Positions 52,029 through 61,140 of a stretch of 64,000 bases of DNA are shown here, piece by piece. The translations under genes were made by a program, and so were the position numbers. Numbering within the stretch: the first letter of the stretch is position 1; each line of letters begins with the position of its first letter. Below the pieces are notes generated by a model. The model worked only from the letters and a program-made list of their open reading frames with translations, was not told the DNA's origin and made no database searches. The stretch comes from a virus: the IMG/VR virus record IMGVR_UViG_3300044844_000428. One strand, written 5' to 3'.

Positions 52029-54755
52029 TTATCCGTGACAGGCTACACATTCGCCTTTATTAGTTTGAACTCCGCTTTCAGATCTAATATAATAAAGACT
52101 CTTAATATACGGATCCTTGAAAGCCATTTTATGTACTTCACTAATATACTGTTCAGTCTCATCTGAGCTAAAAAATAAATTAATGCTTTGAGCTTGATCT
52201 ATATATCTTTGACGACTTGATGCTAATCTAATAATATGCATTTGGTCAATTTCAAATGCAGTCTTAAATACTAGTTTCTCATGGTCATCTAACCATTCAA
52301 CATGTTGTACCGATCCTTTCTTGTTGATAATATCCTTTACGGTATCATCAGAATAGACACCACGTTCTTTCATTAACTTTAATAGAGTTGGATTAACTCG
52401 GTCAATCTTTCCTGCTGCCGTGTTTTGAACATATGCATTTTTATAAATTGGCTCTATGCCTTGGCTAACAGAACCACAGATTAAAGCGGAACTGAGATTT
52501 GGCGCAACCGCAATTCTATGAGTGTTTCTAACTCCATAACCTTTGCACCATTCAGGTTCGCCAAATTGTGATGCCATCCATTGAGAAGCTTTTAATGATT
52601 CTTCATTGATGTGTTTAAAGATTTCAGTATTCTTTAATTGGGCTTCAAACGATTCAAAAGCAATATTATTATCTTGAAGATACGTATGGAATCCTAATAA
52701 ACCTAATCCAAGTGCTCTGCTTTTCTCTGCAAATCTAACAACCTTTTCCATTCCACGAGTGTTTTTTCCAATCTCTATTAGATCTTGGTTAACACAGTCA
52801 AGGAAAACTGTGGCATCAAATACTGCTGTTGTATTTTTCCATTCATCAAAAAGTGATGCATTCATTGATGATAATACACAACTAAAGGTATGTTCGTCAT
52901 CTGAGAATAATTGTATTTCCGAACAATTGTGAACCAAAATTCCGGAACACTCAAGATAATTTTGATCCTGAGTTGATGTAATAATATTAAAGTTATGATT
53001 ATCTTCTACAGTTAAATCATATACAGATTCAATACCAACATATTCTATTTTTGTTACACATAATGATGTAACAGAAAATTGCAATTTATGGTTTGGTTCT
53101 ACATAATCCTTCTTAATGTATTCTTCCGGTTCAATATTATTTGTTACCATCCATCTTAAGTTTACAATAGAACCACCGAATCTATTTTTGGAAAAACTAC
53201 TAGGCATTCTTGAATCCAATTTCCCAAGATTCCCAAAGGTTATAGCGGCACCGATATCATATAAAGATTTTGCATATTCATATATCTCAATATTGGTTAA
53301 TCCCAAATATCTCGAATTACCAGATAACGTCATTGATATACTTTTATTAGCCAAATATGCTTCTTCATCTCTTATTTTAAATGCTGCATTATTTTTACCT
53401 GAAACTTCAATTGAGGTTTTCAGTCGATGTTCAGATGCTTCTAATAATTGCAAATTCTCAATAGAATCATCCGCATTATTTTCTATATGATCGATATGAA
53501 AGCCATCCGGAACATCACCATAATTATAACGCCATATCAAAGAATGTTGTTTAGCATGTCCATTTGACATACTATTGATATGGCGATACTTTCTAGTATT
53601 ACCCAAAGAAGTATAGAACGGTTGAAGTGGTTTTCCTATTGATAATGATGCTTCAATATAAGTACCGTCTTTAAGAGCAATAGCATGATCTGGTGTACAT
53701 TTGAACGAAGATCCATCTGATAGAGTTACTTTTATAAGTTTTTTCTCGCCAGTCTTGAAAGCAATAGCAGGTTTTATTTCATTTACCCATATTTTCTTAT
53801 TGCTATTCCATCTTGAAGAATATACAGGAAATCTACCAACTCCATTTGATTCTATTGCTAATTGTTCTATAGATACGGCATTTCTGCCATCGGCAACAGC
53901 AACAAGAGTGTCACCGGAAAAACACAAGTTGCTTGCTTTTACTGTAAGACCCAAGTCTTTATACATTGCAGGATTTTGTTCGTTAACTTTATCAATGAAT
54001 TCAAAATAACCTTTTCCTGTAATCATTTTTAATTTCAATGCCTTTTGATATCTTTCAATAGCATCTTTATCTCCATCATCTAGTCTTTTAATAAAATCAT
54101 TACTAATATTCCAACCAATATTTGCATCATCTGGTTGTTTATTAATATAATTGACTAATTCATGGAAATCTGGATGATCAATTTCTATATAACCTGCCCA
54201 AGCTCCGCGTCTTTGACTTCCTTGGCTAATGTCTCTTGACATTTGAACAAAGTCTTTGAATACTGGAAGAACTCCAGACGAACTTCCTTTTATTCCAGAT
54301 ATTTTAGATCCTCTTGGTCTGATGTCACCTAAATAACCAGAAGTTCCAAATCCATTTTTTGATAATACCGCAGCTTCCTTTTGTGATTCATAAAATGAAT
54401 AGACAGAATCACTAATGAATCCGCCTGAGCATGATACAGGACATCCAATACCAGTTCCCATATTAGATAACACAGGCGTTGATGCTGCTAACCAACCATT
54501 CCATAATAAGTCAAAGAACTTTAATTCCCATGTTGCTGGATCATTAGTATATGTTGCCGCGTGTTTTGCTATTCTAGAATATACAGACTTCAAATCAGTA
54601 TATTTGTTTGAAAGATAATTTTCTTTTAGCATTTGCCATGCGGCAGTAGTGCACCAATGGGGAAGAGAACCATTCTCTTGTAGTAGTTTACGTTCTTCAC
54701 CTAATTCTTCATAGATTGATAATTCTCTTACCATTGAAATTTTCCTTCTGACCAA
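52029..54755 (-). CDS. nrdA: Ribonucleotide reductase class Ia alpha subunit, intein-interrupted
   Basis: STPVLSN, PVSC, RRGA, SNL/CSE, APN, C-terminal CVAC; no ATP cone. Confidence 0.93.
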   Translation of the reverse strand: MVRRKISMVRELSIYEELGEERKLLQENGSLPHWCTTAAWQMLKENYLSNKYTDLKSVYSRIAKHAATYTNDPATWELKFFDLLWNGWLAASTPVLSNMGTGIGCPVSCSGGFISDSVYSFYESQKEAAVLSKNGFGTSGYLGDIRPRGSKISGIKGSSSGVLPVFKDFVQMSRDISQGSQRRGAWAGYIEIDHPDFHELVNYINKQPDDANIGWNISNDFIKRLDDGDKDAIERYQKALKLKMITGKGYFEFIDKVNEQNPAMYKDLGLTVKASNLCFSGDTLVAVADGRNAVSIEQLAIESNGVGRFPVYSSRWNSNKKIWVNEIKPAIAFKTGEKKLIKVTLSDGSSFKCTPDHAIALKDGTYIEASLSIGKPLQPFYTSLGNTRKYRHINSMSNGHAKQHSLIWRYNYGDVPDGFHIDHIENNADDSIENLQLLEASEHRLKTSIEVSGKNNAAFKIRDEEAYLANKSISMTLSGNSRYLGLTNIEIYEYAKSLYDIGAAITFGNLGKLDSRMPSSFSKNRFGGSIVNLRWMVTNNIEPEEYIKKDYVEPNHKLQFSVTSLCVTKIEYVGIESVYDLTVEDNHNFNIITSTQDQNYLECSGILVHNCSEIQLFSDDEHTFSCVLSSMNASLFDEWKNTTAVFDATVFLDCVNQDLIEIGKNTRGMEKVVRFAEKSRALGLGLLGFHTYLQDNNIAFESFEAQLKNTEIFKHINEESLKASQWMASQFGEPEWCKGYGVRNTHRIAVAPNLSSALICGSVSQGIEPIYKNAYVQNTAAGKIDRVNPTLLKLMKERGVYSDDTVKDIINKKGSVQHVEWLDDHEKLVFKTAFEIDQMHIIRLASSRQRYIDQAQSINLFFSSDETEQYISEVHKMAFKDPYIKSLYYIRSESGVQTNKGECVACHG
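52926..53924 (-). mobile_element. 333-aa intein with HNH endonuclease
   Basis: Starts CFSGDTLV (res 278), block B CTPDH, ends VYDLTVEDNHNF...ILVHN before Cys; HIDH...D..ENLQLL...H. Confidence 0.92.
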
Positions 54756-55720
54756 TTGCGACTATAATCATTACCTTGACTTGAAAAGAAGTCATGTAAA
54801 GTTGAGCTTTCAATATCTTTATAGAACCAAGTTTTAATTGGGTTATAAGATGGTTTAAATATTCCATTATATGAAAGATTTTCTAGACAAATATCTAATC
54901 TAGATTCAACAAAGTTTTTTAGTTGGGTGTTTGTTATTCCTTTAATATGACCCTTCTCAAAAATTTTATCAATAATAATTGATTCGTGCTCTAGAATAAC
55001 TCTTGCAGTTTCTATCAATTCTTCTTTGAGGCTAACTAATTCGATAGAGGTCAATTGTTCATCGGCGAAAGCTTCTGACTTTAATGTTCTGAATAACCAT
55101 GCGCCTGCTTGTGAATGTAAGGTTTCATCAATTGCTGAAAAATTTATTCCAGCATTTATATTGATGAGTTTATTTTTTCCTGCCGAGTTGAAATGTTTAA
55201 GAAATGCAAATGAACTATAAAGAATAGCTCCTTCAATCATTGAAAACACTCCAACCGATTTTAGGACATTGTACACAGAATCTTTTTTAGTAGTTCTTTT
55301 TGCAATCCAATTCATTCTATTGGCTAGTACTTCATCTTCTTTGTAAGAGTTATAAAAGTCAACATTATCTAATCCAAGAACCTCGTTGATTTTATTATAG
55401 AATGGAGCATGTACTCCTAATTCCATAAACGAGAAGGTAGAGGCCATTCTTTGAATATCTGGTCTAGGAAAGACTTTACTGACATAATTTTGCCAGTAAT
55501 CGTTACCAACATTTAATTCATATAGAGTGAATAATTTTAGTGTTGATATTACGCCATGATACTCTGCTTCTGTGCAATTCGTCTTCAGATCATGAAGATC
55601 CTTTTCTACTTCAATTTCATCTGGAAACCAAATTATTGATGCCTGTTGTTCTGAAAATTCTATAGCAGTTGGATAATCAGTAATATATTCACTCTTTGGG
55701 CTTAAGATTCTAATAGCCAT
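54728..55720 (-). CDS. nrdB: Ribonucleotide reductase beta subunit
   Basis: W..DEI, ELGVH..FY, EG..LYSSF, DETLH, HDFF. Confidence 0.93.
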   Translation of the reverse strand: MAIRILSPKSEYITDYPTAIEFSEQQASIIWFPDEIEVEKDLHDLKTNCTEAEYHGVISTLKLFTLYELNVGNDYWQNYVSKVFPRPDIQRMASTFSFMELGVHAPFYNKINEVLGLDNVDFYNSYKEDEVLANRMNWIAKRTTKKDSVYNVLKSVGVFSMIEGAILYSSFAFLKHFNSAGKNKLININAGINFSAIDETLHSQAGAWLFRTLKSEAFADEQLTSIELVSLKEELIETARVILEHESIIIDKIFEKGHIKGITNTQLKNFVESRLDICLENLSYNGIFKPSYNPIKTWFYKDIESSTLHDFFSSQGNDYSRNWSEGKFQW

Positions 55721-55821
55721 GTATTCCCCTGTGTGTCATGTGATTCCTTACAATATGTAAATTATGTATGTTATTACTATGGAAGCAATTAATGGAATTA
55801 ATAGTTGATGCAACAAAAGTT

Positions 55822-56136
55822 TCATTTTACTCCGAACATTGATAAATCTGGTGAGATTGAGGATCCTTCTTTATAATTTTCCATTTCATATTTTGTATGC
55901 AAATTAGAATCCAAATCTTTAATGAATTCAGAAATAGATTTAGAAATTCCGCAGTTAAAACACTTATAAAGAAATTTGTGGTGTTTCATGTATATATTTC
56001 CGCGAGTCTTCTTTGGATTCTTTACAGAATCACCACAATAATTGCAAGAGAATCTCCAAGCAGAATCATTAACTTGTTTAAAATTTCTAAGTCTCGATGA
56101 CCCCAATAGGATATATTTTTTATCGGTTTTTATCAT
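55822..56136 (-). CDS. Stand-alone primase zinc-binding domain (gp61 N-terminus only)
   Basis: CNYCGDS.KN.KK.RG, YKCFNCG; stops at 104 aa with no TOPRIM domain. Confidence 0.75.
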   Translation of the reverse strand: MIKTDKKYILLGSSRLRNFKQVNDSAWRFSCNYCGDSVKNPKKTRGNIYMKHHKFLYKCFNCGISKSISEFIKDLDSNLHTKYEMENYKEGSSISPDLSMFGVK

Positions 56137-56885
56137 AATGAATTTTCCAATTTTGTCAATTCTTCAATACTATTAAACGACTTTGTTGGGTACTCAGTAA
56201 TATAACAATTTGCTGGGTAATTAATATTTCTTAAATAATGAAGAATATGTAAGAAATTTAATTCTTTTGATTGAGTAATGTATTGTCCATTTTTCCATAA
56301 CACTTCATGCATTTTTTGAAGACTATCATATATTACAGCGTTATTGATATAGAATATAGACTGATCGTGGAATCCTTCCATATGAGTTTCTCCAAGTTTA
56401 GAGAAGTCTGCTGATAATGCGTTCATATTAGAATCAGTCAATATAGTAACGTAAGGATTCTTTTCAGTGCATACCGGAATTACTGCGCTTGAAAAGTTAT
56501 TACCAGTAGAACTTCCAACATCTTTCAATTCTTTGAATATCATTGGGCTATCAATATAAACATCGCCCCATACCAATATAGAATTGTTATATTGATGGAC
56601 ATTCTTATACATGGAAAGAATTGCATGTCCATCTCCTAGTCCCGAATTTATAGGAATTAGATTTATTTTAATATCAAATTCATTATTATCCAAAAATTCT
56701 TTAAAACTTTTTACTGCAGAATCTTTAATTACTAAATCTATAGAGTCAAATACTTCGGACTCTATAGCATTAGTAATAATTCTTTTTAAATTAGGAACTC
56801 CATTTACTGGATATAATACTTTTGGAACATTAATGTTTCCCATTCTTTTGCCGTTTCCAGCAGCTATAATAATTAAATTAATCAT
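56133..56885 (-). CDS. Nucleotidyltransferase (sugar-phosphate NTP transferase family)
   Basis: IIIAAGNGKRMG...PKVL.PVNG.P, WGD. Confidence 0.85.
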   Translation of the reverse strand: MINLIIIAAGNGKRMGNINVPKVLYPVNGVPNLKRIITNAIESEVFDSIDLVIKDSAVKSFKEFLDNNEFDIKINLIPINSGLGDGHAILSMYKNVHQYNNSILVWGDVYIDSPMIFKELKDVGSSTGNNFSSAVIPVCTEKNPYVTILTDSNMNALSADFSKLGETHMEGFHDQSIFYINNAVIYDSLQKMHEVLWKNGQYITQSKELNFLHILHYLRNINYPANCYITEYPTKSFNSIEELTKLENSL

Positions 56886-58590
56886 CTTTTCCCAATAGAA
56901 TTGCTAAGTACATGTTAGTATCTTTGACATCTTTAACTGGTATAAAATTGCAATGTCCACATTGTGATATTTGGTGGTCATTGCCAGATTCACCTTCATC
57001 ACCAATATAAGTAAAATCATTAACGAATAGAGTTTCTGTTGCTAAAATTTTATCCAAGTTTGGTTTTGTAATGTCAATCGTTGTTCTTCCAGACATTCTA
57101 ATTAATAGATCGTATTTGCTTAGTTTAGATTCTAATAATAATTTAATGCTATGTCTGTATTCAGGAGATATTGGTTTGATAGAAATCATTACCTTTCCAC
57201 GTATTTGGATTTTAGTAATATCAATTCCACAGTCTACAATATCTGCCGTAATATATTCTATATCATTTTTAGAGAAAAGTAAATCATTATCTAGGCATTT
57301 TTCGAATTGCGGAATTCCTTCTTTATTAAATTTGTATAGATTAACACCACCATCTGCTAATGCTTTAATATTAGAAAAATTTCCATGCAAAGCATTGATA
57401 GTATTTCCAGTAGATATCCAAACATTATTAGTCTTATTATAAAGTTCTTGAACTCTTTTGACATTGGATTTAGATACTTTAGAGTGCTGCGAGCCTCTAG
57501 CAACAATAGTATCATCATAATCGAAAACGTATTGGTCACTAATCTTTGGGTAATTATAATAGTGGTCAAAAATAGTTTTTACCAATGCCTTTCCGTCGTG
57601 TTTACCCTGATTAAGTAAGAAAGCTGAGATTTTTTGATACGAATCCGGGATTAATAAAGGGTCACCATCTAAAGCAGAAATGATAGTAGTATCTTTTGGT
57701 AAATAATCCATAAGAATATTAATCAATTCGTCACCAGATACACCTTTCATATCAGCATCTTGACTAGCATTAAGAATTAAATATTTCTTTGCTTTCGATT
57801 CTGATATAGTTTCAGAGAATCCAATAGATTTATATGTTGGAATAAGAGATGACCACTGCGTCCCAGATGAAAAAATTATAATGTCTGCTGATAATATTAC
57901 AGATTTCGAAAGTTCTGATAATTCTGGAATTACTGGCTTATTATGGTTATCAACAAAGAAACAATCTACGATTTTATCATCGGGATTATTCCATGATACT
58001 ATATCAGCTTCGTCATGTATAATATAACCAGATTGTGTTTTAGCCATAAGATACATCGGAGAATCAGTATTAGAAATTACACTATTCTCTGGAATGTCTA
58101 ATATTCCTTCAAATACTTTTCCTGCAGAATCCAATGAATAGTTATGTTTCTTTGCTATTCCAGAATAAATGATATTAGAAATTGAAAAGTCAATATAATC
58201 TATCTGTGGCGATAACTGGCTATCAAAGAATTGATTCACTCCAGAAGCTAATACACCTCTATAAAACATATCAATGTCTAGTTTATGGATTCTGTCTAAA
58301 AGCACCGATTGGACTTCATCGGCAGAAATAGTTATTCTGTCATTTAGGAATTCATACAATTTTTCTGATATACTATTTTCCAGTTTTGCTCTTAGCATTT
58401 GATTCTTTCTTAAATCGGACGGACCCATAATTTTTCCATCCATAACTTTTCTGCATTCTCCAGTAGAAAGACCGTTATCCGCTAAGTTTGTAATGACTGT
58501 ATAGTCTAATACATCTTTACCAAAAGTTTCATATAGACCTTTCTGCAATTGAACTGAACCAGTTCCACCTGAAAATATTACGATTTTCAT
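56878..58590 (-). CDS. CofD/YvcK-like transferase fused to HAD (PMM-like) domain
   Basis: N-term SGGTGS, DNGLSTG..R, PSDLRKN, ADIII...G...SSLIP; C-term FDYDDT, STG, K, GDEGESGNDH. Confidence 0.75.
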   Translation of the reverse strand: MKIVIFSGGTGSVQLQKGLYETFGKDVLDYTVITNLADNGLSTGECRKVMDGKIMGPSDLRKNQMLRAKLENSISEKLYEFLNDRITISADEVQSVLLDRIHKLDIDMFYRGVLASGVNQFFDSQLSPQIDYIDFSISNIIYSGIAKKHNYSLDSAGKVFEGILDIPENSVISNTDSPMYLMAKTQSGYIIHDEADIVSWNNPDDKIVDCFFVDNHNKPVIPELSELSKSVILSADIIIFSSGTQWSSLIPTYKSIGFSETISESKAKKYLILNASQDADMKGVSGDELINILMDYLPKDTTIISALDGDPLLIPDSYQKISAFLLNQGKHDGKALVKTIFDHYYNYPKISDQYVFDYDDTIVARGSQHSKVSKSNVKRVQELYNKTNNVWISTGNTINALHGNFSNIKALADGGVNLYKFNKEGIPQFEKCLDNDLLFSKNDIEYITADIVDCGIDITKIQIRGKVMISIKPISPEYRHSIKLLLESKLSKYDLLIRMSGRTTIDITKPNLDKILATETLFVNDFTYIGDEGESGNDHQISQCGHCNFIPVKDVKDTNMYLAILLGKDD

Positions 58591-59399
58591 AATATACCCT
58601 TATTTTTTTCTGCAATAAAAATATAACATTCTGCAATCTTTGGATTTAGAAATGCTATCGTACTTGCCGCGAATCCTTGCGAAATACCTTTTAATTGGTT
58701 ATATAGAGCCATATTGTTAGAACTCAAATGCTTTTTAAAATATCTGGCTTTACCTAACCACCCATTGACTCTTCTGATACTTAATCCATTAGTGGTTATC
58801 ATATCATGCATTTCGTCCAAAGTAAACTCTTGAATGTGATTCTCTGGCCATACAAATTCTTGACCTTCGTCCTTTTTTGGATTAGGAGATGATATGACAA
58901 TAAATCCTCTATCTGATACCAATTCAGATGCTTCTTTTATAAGTTTCAATGCAGTTTCTTTTGGAATATGTTCTAGAATTTCCTGCAACAGAATTACGTC
59001 ATATTTGTCATGATGCTTAATGTCATGAAATGAAGTAGTATTTAGATCACATTGAATGACTTTGTATTTGTTGACAGATTCTCTTCCAGTTGGGGTATTT
59101 GCTTCATCTACAACAGATTGTTCATATTCTAAACCTAAGTAATCCACTCTGGGACGCAATAAACTTTCAAAACTTTTAGACCAAAATTGATAGAATGTTT
59201 TATTGCCACACCCAACATCTAATATAGTAACATAATCTTCAGTATTTTTTCTTTTGATTTTGGTAATTTCTGTGCATGTTGAAGTATATCTGCTAATGAA
59301 TGCAATATGCCATGCACTGGAAAATTTTATTTTACCAAGGAATCCATTTTTAAAAAATACTGCTGAACTGTCATCAAATACGTCTTTTTCTTGTTCCAT
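58587..59399 (-). CDS. Class I SAM-dependent methyltransferase (small-molecule type)
   Basis: ILDVGCG, EILEHI, ISSPN, H..EF; no DPPY/NPPY/PC DNA-MTase motif. Confidence 0.85.
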   Translation of the reverse strand: MEQEKDVFDDSSAVFFKNGFLGKIKFSSAWHIAFISRYTSTCTEITKIKRKNTEDYVTILDVGCGNKTFYQFWSKSFESLLRPRVDYLGLEYEQSVVDEANTPTGRESVNKYKVIQCDLNTTSFHDIKHHDKYDVILLQEILEHIPKETALKLIKEASELVSDRGFIVISSPNPKKDEGQEFVWPENHIQEFTLDEMHDMITTNGLSIRRVNGWLGKARYFKKHLSSNNMALYNQLKGISQGFAASTIAFLNPKIAECYIFIAEKNKGIL

Positions 59400-59400
59400 A

Positions 59401-60507
59401 TTATACCTCCAAAAGTTTTACAAAGTTTAAACAATATTCTGATTTATTAAAATCTACACATGAATGTTGAAGTTCTATTAGTGATTCGTAATCAGAATCT
59501 GACAATGATTTGAATCTATCTGTGAATTGATTTCTGTCATTGATATATAGCAAATTGGAAAGTTCAGTATTGTTTCCAAAAATTCTTTTATTCTTATCAA
59601 ATTCGTTATCAATGAATAACAAAGTTCCCGCCATAATAGATTCATATACTCTTTGAGAGATCATTTCAAAATCTGGGTATTGATTATCACCAATAGCAAT
59701 ATGCGTTTTAGAAGAAGACATTTTCTGAATCATATTATTATAATCAACTGGAGGAAGAAACTTTGGCGGACGTAATCCAGTTACTCTTTTCTCATTAAAG
59801 TCCGTAATTTTAATTTTACCGAATACTTCTACCGAAATATCTTCTGGGAGTCCAAAATAGAATTCTATTAATTTCTTTTCTCTTCTACCAGATCTAAAGG
59901 TTCCTCCATAAGACAAATCAACAGTCTTTCCTAGAATAGAAGTTTCTCTTGGTTTCATCATTGGGAATTTTTGGAAATCATATTGCACAATAGATTCTAC
60001 AGGATATCCATTTTTCTCAAATAGTGCTTTATTTTTTTCTAAATTGTATGATTGCGAAATCACATTAATAGGCTTTGTAATATTAATATCTTCCTTATTC
60101 CAATTTGAAGCCCAGAGTTTCTTCTCAATAGAAGGCCAGATTTGTTTTAGAGATAAATTCGGGTCACAGTACAAGTAAATGATTTTTCCATTAAAGTTGT
60201 TTATTGCTTTATAATTAAGAATCTGTGGTCTGTCTTCTTGGCCACCAAAGAAATTAACAGCACCATTAATGACTACTAATGCATCGTATACATTACTGGT
60301 AATATTCTCATAATGGTCTTCAATATTAAACACGTTGACTGATCTGTTTTGTTGATCTGAAGACAATACCTTAGTATAACAGTCAACTTCACATCCACCT
60401 TCAACCATCATTTCTATTAAAGAAGCAGCTTCACCTGATCCTCCGCTTGATCCGACCTTTTGGCCAAAAACAATTCTTGCACCTAATTTCAATACTGCTA
60501 ATTTCAT
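59401..60507 (-). CDS. bgt: DNA beta-glucosyltransferase homolog
   Basis: NFFGG, YLYCD, YGGTFRSGRREKKL.EF, IGD, RVYES, ID.EFD...RI closely follow T4 BGT. Confidence 0.88.
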   Translation of the reverse strand: MKLAVLKLGARIVFGQKVGSSGGSGEAASLIEMMVEGGCEVDCYTKVLSSDQQNRSVNVFNIEDHYENITSNVYDALVVINGAVNFFGGQEDRPQILNYKAINNFNGKIIYLYCDPNLSLKQIWPSIEKKLWASNWNKEDINITKPINVISQSYNLEKNKALFEKNGYPVESIVQYDFQKFPMMKPRETSILGKTVDLSYGGTFRSGRREKKLIEFYFGLPEDISVEVFGKIKITDFNEKRVTGLRPPKFLPPVDYNNMIQKMSSSKTHIAIGDNQYPDFEMISQRVYESIMAGTLLFIDNEFDKNKRIFGNNTELSNLLYINDRNQFTDRFKSLSDSDYESLIELQHSCVDFNKSEYCLNFVKLLEV

Positions 60508-60538
60508 AGATCACCCTTTGTAGTAGAATAAAGATTAT

Positions 60539-60568
60539 ATTATATCATATTTTTGATATTTGTACACA
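60539..60568 (-). promoter_or_regulatory. Early promoter heading the modification operon
   Basis: GTGTAC-N17-TATAAT. Confidence 0.75.
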
Positions 60569-60640
60569 CTATTTAGCAAATTTTACTCGTGACACAGCAT
60601 CACCTATAAAGTGATAACTGTTGAATTATTTTAGGGAATA

Positions 60641-60672
60641 ATGTTTACTTTTGACTGGGTTTGATGTATAAT
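60641..60672 (+). promoter_or_regulatory. Divergent early-type promoter with no downstream sense gene
   Basis: GTTTAC-N18-TATAAT; near copy of the clpP promoter. Confidence 0.6.
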
Positions 60673-60702
60673 AAATTAACTGGTCTTATCAATACTAATT
60701 TA

Positions 60703-61140
60703 TTATTTGAATAGTTTCAATATATCTGAATGGTCAATAAGGTATCCAATTACTAAACTTCCACCAATAACTATCCATTTCCATGTTTCTAATGCAGAAA
60801 GTCTATCAGAAATATCTTCTCTATATTCATCTGATTTTTCTTCATGTTCTTTAAGTTTAGATTCAATACGAGATTCCATATCATCTAACTTGTCAACAAT
60901 CTCTTTAGTAGTTTCTTCCATTTTCTTGTATAGATCCTTGACATCAGTTGTAGTTTCTTTATTATTATTCTCAAGATTGTTTAGTCTGTTGTCGTGTACT
61001 ATTAATAATCTTGATACTTCTGACGATGCTTTAGCAATTTCTGCAACTGTATTGTCTATCTTATAAACGACATTTTGGAGAACTGCCACCTCAGTTACCA
61101 GTCTATTGAGGTCATTACAGGGTGAATTGTGGTCACTCAT
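60703..61140 (-). CDS. Coiled-coil membrane protein (holin/XhlA-like)
   Basis: Heptad-rich body, LE.WKW plus C-terminal TM helix; follows spanins. Confidence 0.5.
   Translation of the reverse strand: MSDHNSPCNDLNRLVTEVAVLQNVVYKIDNTVAEIAKASSEVSRLLIVHDNRLNNLENNNKETTTDVKDLYKKMEETTKEIVDKLDDMESRIESKLKEHEEKSDEYREDISDRLSALETWKWIVIGGSLVIGYLIDHSDILKLFK

Noticed and set aside
56878-58590. F420 biosynthesis auxiliary metabolic gene
   Set aside because: No other cof/fbi genes; HAD fusion and operon context point to nucleotide-sugar chemistry
58587-59399. Restriction-modification DNA methyltransferase
   Set aside because: No amino-MTase (D/N/S)PP(Y/F) or C5-MTase PC motif
9650-60568. Recurring tattatatca...gtacac motif as a CRISPR or mini-array
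   Set aside because: Copies are dispersed, separated by whole genes, and match -35/-10 promoter geometry; no regular spacers and no cas genes
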